A stretch of 64,000 nucleotides of DNA, taken from the NCBI GenBank assembly GCA_951406725.2, contig OX597836.1, positions 3,348,001 to 3,412,000 on the forward strand, in the 5' to 3' direction. A model generated the notes under the pieces. That model was not told the origin of the DNA, did no database searches, and saw nothing but the letters and a program-made list of their open reading frames with translations. Below are positions 1 to 14,150 of this stretch, piece after piece. The stretch comes from Octopus vulgaris. Lineage: Eukaryota. Position numbers and translations under genes: made by a program. Numbering within the stretch: position 1 is the first letter of the stretch; each line of letters starts with the position of its first letter.

Positions 1-240
1 TTATTAGTAGTATATTTTTATTATTATTTTTATTATTACTATTATTGTTATTATTATGATTATATTTTTATTATTACTATTATTAATTTTATTATTATTA
101 TTGTTATTATTATTATATTTTTATTATTACTATTATTGTTATTGTTATTATTATTATATTTTTATTATTGTTATTATTATTATATTTTTATTATTACTAT
201 TATTATTATTATTATTATTATTGTTGTTGTTGTTGTTATC
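1..240. repeat. Degenerate (TTA)n/(TTG)n microsatellite
   Basis: Directly visible triplet repeat; explains the poly-Leu/Ile/Tyr ORF 56..244. Confidence 0.95.
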
Positions 241-652
241 ATGAAGATCATTTTGCATGATTCTATATAAAATACTATCGGAGAAAGAAGGGTGAGGGTA
301 GGAAAGAAACGCAGCAGAAAGAGCAGCATCCATAACGGTAAGAATTACGAAGGTGTCGACATTGTGATGGCAACAGCAGCAGCAGCAGCAGCCACAGGAG
401 TTGCAGCAATGCCAACAGAAGAAGCATTCTTAGAAAGAAAAGAAGAAAAAAAAACAAAACAAAAAGAACCGTTGAAGATGCCTGGATACGATATTGATGT
501 TGTATGATTTGGCTGCAGGTAATTTTACCCGTGTTCTTAACAAAAGCCACATGATACGTTTAACAGTGCAAGACATTGTTTCCAAAGTTACTATCTGCGA
601 GGCGAAGGATACAATAGGAAATATTCGATGGAAATCAATACGTATATCTGTA

Positions 653-697
<45 letters not shown>

Positions 698-839
698 GTA
701 TTCACACAAACACACAGATATATGTATATAATCATATATATATGCATGTACATATATTTATATGCATGTATTTATACATATTCTAAGAGAGAGAGAGAGA
801 GCAGTATACATGTTGCTATAAATATATATATATTATATA

Positions 840-886
<47 letters not shown>

Positions 887-1078
887 ATATATATATATAT
901 ATCATATATGTGTGTATTTATATATATATATATCATATATGTGTATATATATATATATATATCATATATGTGTATATATATATATATATTATATATGTGT
1001 ATGTATATATATATATATTATATGTGTATGTATATATATATTATATATGTGTATGTATATATATATATATTATATGTG

Positions 1079-1124
<46 letters not shown>

Positions 1125-1255
1125 GTATGTATATATATATTATATATATATATATATATATATCCATACATACGTACATATATATATATGAATGTATGTG
1201 TATATATATATATATATGTACATATATGTATGCTTATATATATACATATATATAT

Positions 1256-1295
<40 letters not shown>

Positions 1296-2382
1296 GCAAA
1301 TATGTGTATGCATGTATACATATGAATGTTCGAAATATTTGCTGAGGGTTCTTTTAATAAAAGGTCGATGGTATAACGATGTTTGAATGAATGATTCCGA
1401 ATTGGCCCCAACACATTGTATCTGCGCTTTCCGACATCTTTTTCTTGCTTCTTCTCTTTCTACCTGTTGAGTTGTGTAACGTGTGTGTGTGTGTTCATGT
1501 TGTCATCGGTCTTTCTACCTAACTTCAGCTGTTTCATCTCTCTCTCTCTCTCTTTCGATTTCACTTCCTCTCACCCTCTCTCTCTCTCTCTCTCTCTCTC
1601 CCTCTCGAAAATAGGTATTTTTTAAGAAATATTTTATACAAATACATTTCAAAGGATGTAGATTACGATTACAAAGAAATTTGTGGGAAAAATTTTTGGA
1701 AGGGGGCGAGGAGGGGGGCAGTTTCTAGAAAACGGAGTTTGGGATCAAACGGCTTTCATAAGTTTGGATTTCTCCGTTTTAGACGGGGAATTTTTCCAAT
1801 GTTTTTCACTAAAGTCTTCAGAATAATGGGAGACATATTTTTACGAAACCAAAAATGAAAAAAAAACTCACTCCCCTTGCCCCTTCACCACCCCAGTCCG
1901 AAATGATTTCGGCCATTTTTTTTTCACAACACACTTAAAACCCGGGAGAAAAACATTTTCGGTTTTAAAAAAAATTGTAAATAATTTCAGAGGAAAATGT
2001 ATGATTTAAGGGAGATCTGGCTCTTGTTTTTAGCACATCCCAAAATCGTTTCTTTCTCACTCACGCATCTATTGATATTTTTCAATATTGCTCTCCCCAC
2101 AAACAAATTTTATTGAATGATGATGTCAAAGCAACACACGTGTAGACCCAACCGTGTGTGTAAGAAAAAAAAACACCTAAAAACATCTTTTGTTTTCATA
2201 TTAATCTGTCAAATGTCTGGAGTCGCAATGGCCCAATGGTTAAAACAGCGGACTCGTGGCCATAGGATCGCAGTTTCGTTGTGTGTGTTTATTGAGCGGA
2301 AACACTTGAAGTTTTACCCGTGATTACTTACGCATGCATATGTGTACTTTCGCATACTTGCTCAGTGTGTTAGACTTAAGCG

Positions 2383-2706
2383 GAGGAGCAATGGCCAAGT
2401 GGTTAAGGCAACGGACACACGGTCGTAGGATCGTGGTTTCGATTCCCAGACAGGGTGTTGTGGGTGTTTATTGAGCAAAAACACAAAGCTCCACGAGACC
2501 CCTGCAGCAGGAGGAGGGGGCGAACCCTGCTGTACTCTTTCACCACAACTTTTTCTCACTCTTTCTTCCTGTTTCTGTTGTACCTGTATTTCAAAGGGCC
2601 AGCATTGTCACACTGCGTCACGCTGACTCTCCCCGAGAACTACGTAAATGGTACACGTGTCTGTGGAGTGCTCAGCCACTTGCACGTTAATTTCACGAGC
2701 AGGCTG
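2383..2706 (+). mobile_element. tRNA-derived SINE family C (3'-truncated), preceded by a head fragment at about 2219-2310
   Basis: A-box TGGCCAAGTGG and B-box-like GGTTTCGATTCCC; body collinear with the copies at 24416-24794 and 38708-39064. Confidence 0.9.
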
Positions 2707-4213
2707 GTAATGGATGGTGGGTGTTCACTCATAATTTTGCCTTTCGGATTTGCCTTGTTGCCCAACCGCAGTGATTTTGGTATCTTGTCATCAGTTCTAG
2801 GACGTAAAACCTACCATTGAATGCTCCTCTTTAGGTTTCTTCTCATTGTTGCTGCATACACTGGTGCTGCTGCTGTTGCCCCTGTATATATTCTCAGCAT
2901 TTAGCAACATAACGAAATGCTAAACGCAAAAAGTTAGTTATTGACATCGATGTTTTAGACGTCCCAGCAATGAGTTACAGTTAAACGCTAAAGAAAGTAC
3001 TAAGTCTAGACAGGAAACGAAATATTAATTGCATTTAGAATATAGCACCTCAAATCTGATATACTGAGATTATATTTGCAACGATTACTCACTAATACGG
3101 CTGTTTATAAATAGAAATCTATTGCGAAATATCCTCCTTGGAATTACAAAAGTATCCAGAACAGAATGATGGTAAGATAAAACTGATAATAACGAAACAT
3201 GAGCGCATCGAAGGATATTGTTTTCCACCTCCAAGAAAACCAATAGATACGTAGTTGAGGCTGTAATAAGAGATGATAGGAAGAAAATTGATAAACGATT
3301 TTAGAAAGTCTAAGAGTGAGAATACAGAATGGTGTGATGGAGAAATGGTAGAGAAAAGTCTTTATATAATCAAAATAGGATAAAACTGGATAGAACGGAA
3401 GTAGACATAAGAAACTTCCAACATTGACTGAGAAGCGGGGCCAGTAATTTTGTGATGGGAGGGGGGGAATTAGTCGATTAAATCGATCTCGCTACATTAT
3501 TGGTTCTTTGTTTTATTGACCCCAGAAATGGTGAAAGTCAACTATGAGAGCGACGGTCTTCGGACTCAGAAGGTAGAAGCTTAAACGACCGGAACAATTG
3601 CTGGACGGTGAAGGATCTTGCCCGAAACACTGACCGTTCTATCAGCTAAGGATGATCATGATGATGATGACGACGGTGGCGGACGACGATGATGACGACT
3701 TCAGGGATGATGATGCTGATGATGATGACGTTGCTGATGATGACTATAGAGATGAGGGTATTGATGATGACGATGACTATAAGAATGATGATAAAGATGA
3801 TGACGACAACGACGACGGCGGCGGCAGACGACGATGATGACTACAGGGATGAGGATGACGACGACTATAGAGACAATGAGGATGACGACGACTATAGAGA
3901 CAATGAGGATGATGATGACGATTATAGGGATGAAGATGATGATGACGATGTTGATGATGATGATTTAAAAGTCAAAGAAAAAACCATGCGAAAAGAAAAT
4001 AACTGAAGAATGGAATGGTTGATGCGTCACTTTAAAACACATCCTCGTAATAGAGGTAACATCTCAACACTGACGCCATGCCCACCACGACCATCACTAC
4101 CATAGCAACTACTACCACCATTTCCATCACGCATAGCTCCTCTCTTTCTCACCCCCTCTCTCTCTTCTTTCTCTTTATCAATAGACAAGGAAAAAACACT
4201 TAATCAACCAAAA

Positions 4214-4266
<53 letters not shown>

Positions 4267-4673
4267 CATATATGTAGCAAAAAAGTGTTGCTAGGAAGAT
4301 TTCAGCTTCGAGAGTAAAAGCTGAAACAAAAATGAAAATAGAATTAACCAGAATTTAGTTATAAATTTTCCTTTGAATTAATCAAGGAATCTATCTCAGA
4401 CAATGGATTTTGGCGATTTATTGCGAAAAAGCATTTCCCCTTTCAGATGCCTGGTAATTGGATTACGAAAAAAATGCTGGGAAGTTTCCATGGAAACAAG
4501 AGAAAACGACAATTAAGTTAATTCATTAGAAAATTTGCTTATTTTCTCACTTTTACTCTCTCTCTATTCACGTCATGTTCTCGCGAGAGTATATTTCTCT
4601 AATTTTCAAAGTAGCAAGAAAATTAAGGTGTGAGAACATGAGTGTAGAGAAAATGTATGTATATATGTATGCA

Positions 4674-4725
<52 letters not shown>

Positions 4726-4838
4726 CATGTGCATATATATATATATACATGAATATATGTATATTCAAATATATATATGCATGCTTTAATATTGATAAGT
4801 ATGTATATATATACATGTATATATAGACACGCACTCCC

Positions 4839-4880
<42 letters not shown>

Positions 4881-4913
4881 TATATATATACCATATATAT
4901 ACATTTATATGTA

Positions 4914-4956
<43 letters not shown>

Positions 4957-5409
4957 TACGTTTATGCACTTTAGGCATGTATGCATGTGAATGTATAAAT
5001 ATGCATATTCCTGTAGCAATATAGGTTGGCGAGAAATCGTATATGCATGTAAATATGGATGGATATCTGCACATGCGTGTGCATAAATGTGACAATGCAC
5101 GGACGCATATGTGTAGATAGTTAAACGCGGATTGATGATAGCGTTTCTGTAGAAATTTACGCAAGTGCGAATGTATGAGCGTATCTATAAATATTGGCAT
5201 GCATATGTATAAGTTTATATTGGGTGCAACAGGTAAAAGAATACACGAGAAGTTTGTGTGTATCCTTGTGTGTGTGTATGTGTGTGTAAATCTGTGTGTG
5301 CACGCTAGATTTGGCGTGTTGCATGTCTATGGGCATACATATGTGTGTGTATATATATATATATATATATAAATATACATATTATAGATAGATATACATG
5401 TATATAGAA

Positions 5410-5460
<51 letters not shown>

Positions 5461-5493
5461 TACATATTATAGATAGATATACATGTATATATA

Positions 5494-5528
<35 letters not shown>

Positions 5529-5549
5529 TATAGATAAATATACCCGTAT

Positions 5550-5584
<35 letters not shown>

Positions 5585-5755
5585 CGTACATATACATATA
5601 TATATAATAGATAAGTATACACGTATATATACATGTGTTATATATATATATATATATATATATACGTACATATACATATATATATAATAGATAAGTATAC
5701 ACGTATATATACATGTGTATATATATATATATTATAGATAGATATACACGTATAT

Positions 5756-5806
<51 letters not shown>

Positions 5807-6346
5807 ATAGATATACACGTATATATACATGTATGTATATATATATATGTATACATATATGTATACATATACATTCCTGTGTGTTAAATTATTTTTATGT
5901 TATCAACCACATACACACTGGTCTGACATGCCGAACAATACATATATATAACTATATACAGACGCAGGAATGTGTACAGCCCCAAACCTTTACTTATCTA
6001 ACACTATGACAACATTGTGTTGTAAAACCATTTTTATCATAATTACGCGGCAAAATTATTTTTCAGTTCTCTGTTTTCACAATGTTTAATTAGGATCGGG
6101 ATAAATATACATTGTATACCCACATGCATATATAGCACACATGCGTTCTCTTCGCCAAGCACGCACGCGTCAGGGCATACAAATACGCATATATAGACAT
6201 ATATAGATACGTGTATACACACCCTTGTTCACATGCTGATATTTCGATTCAGATATACACACATGCATGCATATTTATATATATATATATCAATACATAT
6301 ATATACATATGTATTTATATACAAACATATATGTATGCACATATAT

Positions 6347-6384
<38 letters not shown>

Positions 6385-7645
6385 GTTTGCGTGTTTATGC
6401 ATTCGTGTGTGTTGGTGTATGCGCATATTAATATATACATGTACATTTGCATATTTTAGGATAGCTTGTATTATCTTTAATTGGACATTATGCTAATCAG
6501 TACATACTATATGGATGTCGAAATTTTAATGCGCATCTACTAAACAAATCCTCCTTACACCTTCATACGTGGACATTACATTACCGTGCTATACTTTGTT
6601 TGTTTGTTGTAATTTATTCTATGTATTTAATTCTGTATTCGTTAGAATTAATCATGTAGAAAGGATAAGTAACAGAACGAAATTTCTTCGGTTTTTAAGT
6701 AGTTTTGCTTTTGTGATCGCTAATGCTCGGCATAGAGAATATCATTAACTGTACGACAATGATACGGCACTGAAGCTCTAGGAATACATCTCCTCCATCG
6801 ATTTTCAATTACAGCCGGAATCAGATTAAATCATTCTAGTTATTCTAGTCAACTAGTCGTTAACTGAACTACATGTAGTTAAATAAACATTTGTTATATC
6901 GCACCAGAAAATGAAATGGCGATGATTAAGACCTTTGTAGCGAGTAGAAACAAAACGAAATGTTTATGCCGGACACTGTATTCAGTCTGTGAAGTATATT
7001 TCAATTTTTCAAACCTGCGTCAGATTAGTTTAATCCCCCCGGAGGCACACCACGTAGTTGTTAATCCTTTGTTGATAAATTAGAGTAATAATAAGCACCA
7101 GAAAGGGGTCGCGAACAGCGACAAAAGTATTGTGACTAACAAGCAACCGATTGATTGATTGTTTAACCAGAACATTAAACAAGCGATCGATTTAGTTAGA
7201 TGGCAAGATATTTAACCAATTGACTAATAATAAAGAAGTGAAACTGAACCTGTCCGTGTGATGCTATTATTATTGGCGTAATGACTCTCCCAAGGCAACA
7301 AAATTTATTTCAACACACGACTTCACATCAAGAATCTTGCGAACCGAATACAAAAACGATGCAAGAGTAATAATACGTTGTTTTTTTTTTAATTTTTACA
7401 CAATTGCTAATGAAATAAACGCAAGTTTCGAGATATATATTTTGTTTACAGATTAATTCTATCATAGAGAGAACTCCACGAAGTAGAAACTATAAATGGC
7501 GCAACGATTTTATAATGATCCAACTCAACGTGACTGTCTGCTATGTATAATTTGGGTTCACAAGACGCTGAGGATGTTTGAGCTTAAAAAATACACGTTT
7601 GTCGAGAAAGACACACGACGGCGTTAATATAGAATGATACATGAA

Positions 7646-8077
7646 GGCGGCGAGCTGGTAGAAACGTTAGCACGTTGGGCGAAATGCTTAGCGGTATTTC
7701 GTCTGTCGTTACGTTCTGAGTTCAAATTCCACCGAGGTCAACTTTGCTTTTCACCCTTTCGGGGTCGATAAATTAAGTACCAGTTACGCACTGGGGTCGA
7801 TGTAATCGACTTAATGCGTTTGTCTGTCCTTGTTTGTCCTCTCTGTGTTTAGCCCCTTGTGGGTAGTAAAGAAATAAGAAACGTTAGAGCGCCGGGAGAT
7901 GTGCTTAACGGTATTTCGTCTGTCGCTACGTTCTGAGTTCAAATTCCGCCGAGGTCAACTTTGCCTTTCATCCTTTCGGCGTCGATAAATAAAGTACCAG
8001 TTTCACACTGGGGTCGATGTAATCGACTTAATCCCTTTGTCTGTCCTTGTTTGTCCCCTTCTGTGTTTAACCCCTTA
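7646..8077 (+). mobile_element. SINE family B, two tandem copies (7646-7877 and about 7878-8077)
   Basis: GGCGGCGAGCTGG head, B-box GAGTTCAAATTCC and body GAGGTCAACTTTGCCTTTCATCCTTTCGG.GTCGATAAAT occur twice. Other copies lie at about 3430-3640(-), 9745-9840(+), 13060-13390(-), 19225-19390(-), 43390-43605(-), 44470-44553(-), 46889-47116(-), 47985-48065(+) and 59040-59165(+). Confidence 0.9.
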
Positions 8078-8808
8078 GAATAATACACTCACAGGTCTTT
8101 CTCTGTTGAAAGTGAATTTCATTCCTTCTGTCATATTTCTTTCACATTTGAACATAGAAAATAAAAACCCACCAGGGGACACATTAAATTGGTAATACAT
8201 CGTTTAGGCGAGTTTAGGTTTGTTTATCTATACCTACTTGTCGTTCAAACGCACAAAGACACAACTAGTCACATACACACACACGTACACACACACACAC
8301 AATGTGTGTGCGTGTGTGTTATTGTGTGAATATACATCCCATAGTGTGAATGACAACTAACGTGTTATGTCTACGCTTGATGTGTTCGTGATGGTATGTG
8401 CCCGTGTGTGTGTGCGTGCTCGTGTGTGCCCGTGTGCGCCCGTGTGTGAGCATAGCTCTGATATTGTGAGTGATCAATAACATGTTAAATCTACGTTTGA
8501 TATGTGATGGTGTGTGTGTTTATCAAAGGATCTAACATACGTATTTACAATATGGTTTTTTTTTATGAAATAGACATCAATTCTCAGTAAAGAAGGAATA
8601 TGTGCTACGAATTCATGATTTATTCAGGAACATCATTCTTATTTCTCTTCTGACTGCAGATGGTATCTGCTGCTGCTGCTGTTGCTGCAGTAACCGTTAA
8701 CCACTACACTCCCTCGCTGAAATTCCGCTTACAAAACGAAACGCTTTACACAAGACATACGAAGCTCTGCTCTGCGTTGTGCAGTCATTGTACACTTTAC
8801 GTTGCATA

Positions 8809-8979
8809 GGCGCAGGGGTGTGAGTGTGTAGTAAGTAGCTTGCTTACCAACCACATGGTTCCGGGTTCAGTCTCACTGCGTGGCACCTTGGGCAAATGTC
8901 TTCTTCTATAGCCCCAGACCGACCAAATCCTTGTGAGTGGATTTGGTAGACGGAAACTGGACGAAGCCCGCCGTATAAA

Positions 8980-9028
<49 letters not shown>

Positions 9029-9172
9029 TTATACGACGGACTTCGTATATATATATATATATATATATATACATTTATACGACGGACTTCGTATATATAT
9101 ATATATATGTATATATATATAAATGTGTGTGTGTGTGTTTGTGTCTCTTTCCCCCAACATCGTTTGACAATC
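8809..9172 (+). mobile_element. SINE family A (CORE-like segment, internal microsatellite), 3'-truncated
   Basis: GGCGCAGG...GGTTCAGTC head, GTGGCACCTTGGGCAA.TGTCTTCT CORE-like segment and internal (TA)n/(TG)n; matches 39198-39588. Confidence 0.9.
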
Positions 9173-9254
9173 GAAAGGACCAGCTTTATCACATTCTTCT
9201 TCAAAACTACCTTAAGAGTACGCTGTGTCTTCGAGTACTCGGCTATTGGCACCC

Positions 9255-9652
9255 TTACTATTTCACTGGTTTCAGTCATTTGACTGCGACCATGCTGTAG
9301 CACCGCCTTTAGTCGAGCAAATCAACCCCAGGACTTATTCTTTGGCAGCCTGGTACTTATTCTATCGGTCTCTTTTGCCGAACTGCTAAGTAACGGAGAT
9401 GTAAACACACCACCATCGGTTGTCAAGCGATGTTGGGGGGACGGACACGCACACTCACACACGTGTGTGTGTCCCCAACATATATATATATACGACGGGC
9501 CTCTTTCAGTTTCCGCCTACCAAATCCACTCACAAGATTTTGATCGGCCCGAGTCTATAGAAGACACTTGCCCAAGATGCCACGCAGTGAGACTGAACCC
9601 GGAACAATGTGGTTCGTAAGCAAGCTACTTACCACACAGCCACTTCTGCACC
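9255..9652 (-). mobile_element. SINE family A, near full length
   Basis: Reverse complement of the family, from the tail (TTTCAGTCATTTGACTGCG) to the head (CACAGCCACTTCTGCACC). Confidence 0.92.
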
Positions 9653-10482
9653 TTAACTCCTACACGTTAATTTCGCGAGCAGGTTGTTCCGTTGATCACA
9701 TCAACTCGAACCAACACCGTCATAACCGACGGAGAACAAAGCAAGTTCAAATGCCTCCGAGCTCCACATTGCCTTTCATATCTCCAGGGTCGATAAAATA
9801 AAATACCAGTCAAGTACTGAGGTCGATTTAATCGATAATCCCCGCTAACTTGAGATTACATTCAAGACATAAAAAACATGCGAAGGTATATCCATTCGAT
9901 ACGTTAGCGAATCTGCTAACCCACTGCCCTTTCAGCACTTCCATATCGATATCGATCCACTCTGCAGTTGAAACTGTGTGATTATATTTATCAGATAGTC
10001 GGTTTATTTAGACAATATTCGATACGACAAGATATTTCGAGAAAGGTCAATTGCTCTCATAGTTGCAATTTGTGGCAGATTTTTCATTAAATCTATAAAT
10101 CGGCATTCCTATAGTTCTTTCTCTCTCTCTTTCTCTTTCTCTATACATATATGTGTGTTTGTGTATACACATATATATATATACATACAGGTGCATTAAT
10201 TTTTTCCTTTGTTACAATTTCTCTCGTTCAAGTTCTTGTATGTCGTTCTGTATCCACCTCTCAATATTCTCTCTTCCTCTCTCTCTCTCTCTCTCTCTTT
10301 CATTCTCTTTCTTCCCCTTTTCTCTCTCTGTGTCTCTTGATTCATTCTTTATGCATTTCTCTCTGCTTTCTTCTTTCTCTTCCTCTCTGACAATACAAAA
10401 TACATACATAGATCCATGTATATATAATATATATATATCTAATACTACATGTATATATTATATGCGTGTATTTATATTATAC

Positions 10483-10524
<42 letters not shown>

Positions 10525-10539
10525 AATCTGTATATGTAT

Positions 10540-11145
10540 ACATATATATACATGCATATATATATATACACATGTATATATACATATGTATATATGCATA
10601 TATATTTGTATATATATATTTGCATATATATATATATGCATGTATATATACATATGTATATATGCATATATATTTGTATATATATATTTGTATATATATA
10701 TATATATATGCATGTATATATACATATGTATATATGCATATATATTTGTATATATATATATATATATATATATATGCATGTATATATACATATGTATATA
10801 TGCATATATATTTGTATATATATGTTTGCATATATATATATATATGCATGTATATATACATATGTATATATGCATATATATTTGTATATATATGTTTGCA
10901 TATATATATATATATATGCATGTATATATACATATGTATATATGCATATATATTTGTATATATATATTTGTATATATGCATATATATTTGTATATATATA
11001 TATATATATATATATCTTGTATATATGCATGTATATATACATATGTATATATGCATATATATATGTATATATATATATATATATATGCATGTATATATAC
11101 ATATGTATATATGCATATATATTTGTATATATATATATATATATA
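10540..11145. repeat. TA-derived minisatellite (unit about TATGCATGTATATATACATATGTATATATGCATATATATTTG(TA)n)
   Basis: Unit visibly repeated about 10 times; generates the 200-360 aa Y/I/C/M ORFs. Confidence 0.9.
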
Positions 11146-11945
11146 TACATCACATGCGCGCACACACGTACATCCGCGCACGTATACACATACCCTCACA
11201 GACATACGAAGATTAATTATCACTCGTTAATCTGATTGTAATTACGAACACATTTCAAAGCAGCAACAACAACCATATCATCATCGTTATCATCATTATA
11301 ATGGACAGCAACAACTACAGCTACTACTACAACAACGACAGCAACCCCGAGAGCAGAGAGCAGCAGAAGCTCATCAAATAGCATTGACTCACAACCACTA
11401 CAACCACCACTGCCTCCACTCTATCCGCTACCACTGCTACCTTTGCGATTGACACTACTACAACTATTAATACTACTACAGTTGACACTACAACTAATAC
11501 TGCTACTTACTACTACAACTCATACTACAATTAATATTAGTAGCACTATGATCACTACTACTGCTGTTGTTTTTTCTACCACTACTACCACTGCTACTAC
11601 CACTACTACCATGATGACATCCACTGTTGCTGCTACCTCTGTTGCCACTACTACTACCACCACTAGCGATCTCTCTCTCCTTTCTCTCTCTCTTTCCCAT
11701 TTTTTCTCTCTCTCCTTCCCTCTTTTTCTTTGACCCTTACCCGACCTCTATGAACTCCACTTCACGTCATGGTTCGGTTTTTCTCTTCCATACTCCGTTC
11801 TAATCAACGAATCTCTTGTCGCCATCTTCAATTTCACCTTCTCCAATGGCGGTGATCTACTCATACATCCTATTACAGTAACTACTAATCCTTAATCCCA
11901 GAAGGTTTTTTCTCCCGCCGAACGCAGATCTTCAACACTGACAAA

Positions 11946-12260
11946 ACTTCAACACAAAATCTAGCCTTCTTGTTCCGAACCACAAAAAAAACTTCAGTCT
12001 CTAACAACATTCGGACCCTCTACAAACACCGCATGAGAACCTCAGCTGTGTACTGATCCCACATCTGGGGCCGGTAGGCTGCACCACATGCAGACATCTT
12101 TGGCCTAATCCGAATAAAGGCCTACCAGATTAACACGGTGTCTGTAAATACTAAACGCCAACTTCTGGTCCAATGACGTGGTGCCTCCTCACTCTGCCTG
12201 TTCTACCGCAAATGCAGGGGCCACTGTTCTTCGGAGATGATTGGTCTCCTAACAGCTCCA
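11946..12260 (+). pseudogene. Degenerate non-LTR retrotransposon RT C-terminal region (CR1/L2/Jockey group)
   Basis: Manual translation QNLAFLFRT..IRTLYKHRMRTSAVY*SHIWG..Q*RGASSLCLFYRKCRGHCSSEM matches the typical LYK..IRP.LEYCSHIWG..RR.VASLSLFYRY..G.CSSEL pattern; three in-frame stops. Confidence 0.75.
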
Positions 12261-12711
12261 GGCAATCGACAATTAATACCTCAATTATTACTGATCATGA
12301 TTAAATGCTAATTCCATACAAGAAACCAAAGACAGAGGCTCTACGTCTTTGTTGGATCTACGACAAAAAGCAGAGAATCTTATTCAAATCTCAATACATT
12401 GTCTTAGAAATCTATATCCGGAATATTGCGAAACCGGTTTTCCTATACATAGATAAAGATGACGAGGTGCTCACGCTCGGATTGGCAGTGTTCGAGATGA
12501 AAATGGAAGTATAGAGTAACAACTATTACACGAACAATCGTCACAAAAGACCAAGACATCCGCAACTACAACAAACTGCATCACAACTATAAAGACGAAT
12601 GGTCATCACAATCACCTTCACTGCAACCCATTACCACCACTACTACTACTTCTATTACCGCTACTACCGCGACCACCACCAACAACCGTCACAAACACCA
12701 GCAACAAAACA

Positions 12712-13000
12712 AAAGATTGTTTGCCAACATAACATGGAAGTCCTGGTTTAGGACGAATGTTGCTGTAATTTAGCCCCAGGAGACATCATCTCCAGCTGGC
12801 TATACAACACGGTCTGTGTCTATATTTTCGAACAAGGGAATCTAGCACCCCCACTCAGCTCAAAATAATATCCCTTGTTCGAAAATATATGGACACAGAT
12901 CGTGCCGTATTGCCAGCTGGAGATGATGCCTCATGGGGCTAAATTACAGCAACATTCGTCCTCAACCAGGACTGCCATGTTATGTTGGCAAATAACCTTT
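12712..13000. repeat. Long inverted repeat / MITE-like fold-back (arms 12712-12839 and 12871-13000, 31-nt loop)
   Basis: TTTGCCAACATAACATGG...TTCGAACAAGGGA pairs with TCCCTTGTTCGAA...CCATGTTATGTTGGCAAA, with scattered mismatches. Confidence 0.93.
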
Positions 13001-13959
13001 ACCCCAAAGTACTGTTGCTGAATATCTCTCATTGCGAGATTTTAAAATAGTAATTTTCTAACACAATGTTGGTTTCCAATTTTGGCACACGGACAGCGAT
13101 CTTGAGGAAGGGAGTAAGTCGATGACACCGACCCCAGTGTTCAAATAGTATTTATTTTATCAACCCCGAATGGATGAAGGTATATATATATATGTATTTA
13201 TATGTAAAGATATATATATATATATATATATATATAGGGATTATATACATATGTATATGCATATGTATAAACACATATCACACAATGGATGAAGAGCAAA
13301 GTCGACCCCGAAGGTATTTGAACTCAGAAAATAAAGCCGGAACAAATGCTGTTAGGCATTTTTTTTCCGGCATGCTAACGACTCCGGCAGTTAATCTTAT
13401 AACAACACAATATGACCTACTGACGTTGATCACTCCCCGCCATAATAACTAGCAAGGACTACAACAACCAATAATACTAACAATACTAATATTATCACTA
13501 ACAACAACAACAACAGCAGCAGCAACATCAGGACCAAGAACTACGGTGAAAGATCCCACCTTCATCAGACAAAACTGCAGTCGCTAACACCTCCGCCACC
13601 TTCCAACACTAACAACTAAAATAACAACCACCATTGCCAACAGTACTACTACTTCTACTATTACTACTGCTACTGATGCTGACAGCGCCGTCATCGTCAT
13701 CGCCACCATCATCATCATCATTATCACCGCTGCATATATTTTCACCTCATAAAGTAATATAACGACGACCTGTTCAACAATCAGTCTTAATTGACTTGGT
13801 GAGAAATTGTTCCAAACAAACGGCTGTTACTTAAAAGATGAGGAGGAGGAGAAGATGGGGCGGGGACTTTAGATGGACTTCCATACACACACACACACAT
13901 TCATATACACATATACATATATATGTGTGTGTGTACGAATACATATGTATATTTATATG

Positions 13960-13995
<36 letters not shown>

Positions 13996-14116
13996 ATTAT
14001 ATACATATGTATATGCATATGTATAAACACATATCACACAATTGACACTATTTCTGCAGTTCCTGTACTATGAACATATTACACCGTTCCTCGCATACGT
14101 GGTATATATTTATATA

Positions 14117-14150
<34 letters not shown>

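Noticed and set aside
494-1345. Long Y/I/C/M/H/T-rich ORFs (283 aa here, 360 aa at 10153-11235 and many others)
   Set aside because: Translations of (TA)n/(CA)n/(TG)n repeats, which lack stop codons; no protein signal.
3652-4006. Asp-rich ORF resembling an acidic biomineralisation protein
   Set aside because: Degenerate (GAT/GAC)n repeat with a frameshift between the Asp-rich parts and no signal peptide.
13541-13568. Minus-strand CTGATGAA followed by a GGTG/CACC hairpin
   Set aside because: Followed by GTAG rather than GAAA, with no stem I or III.
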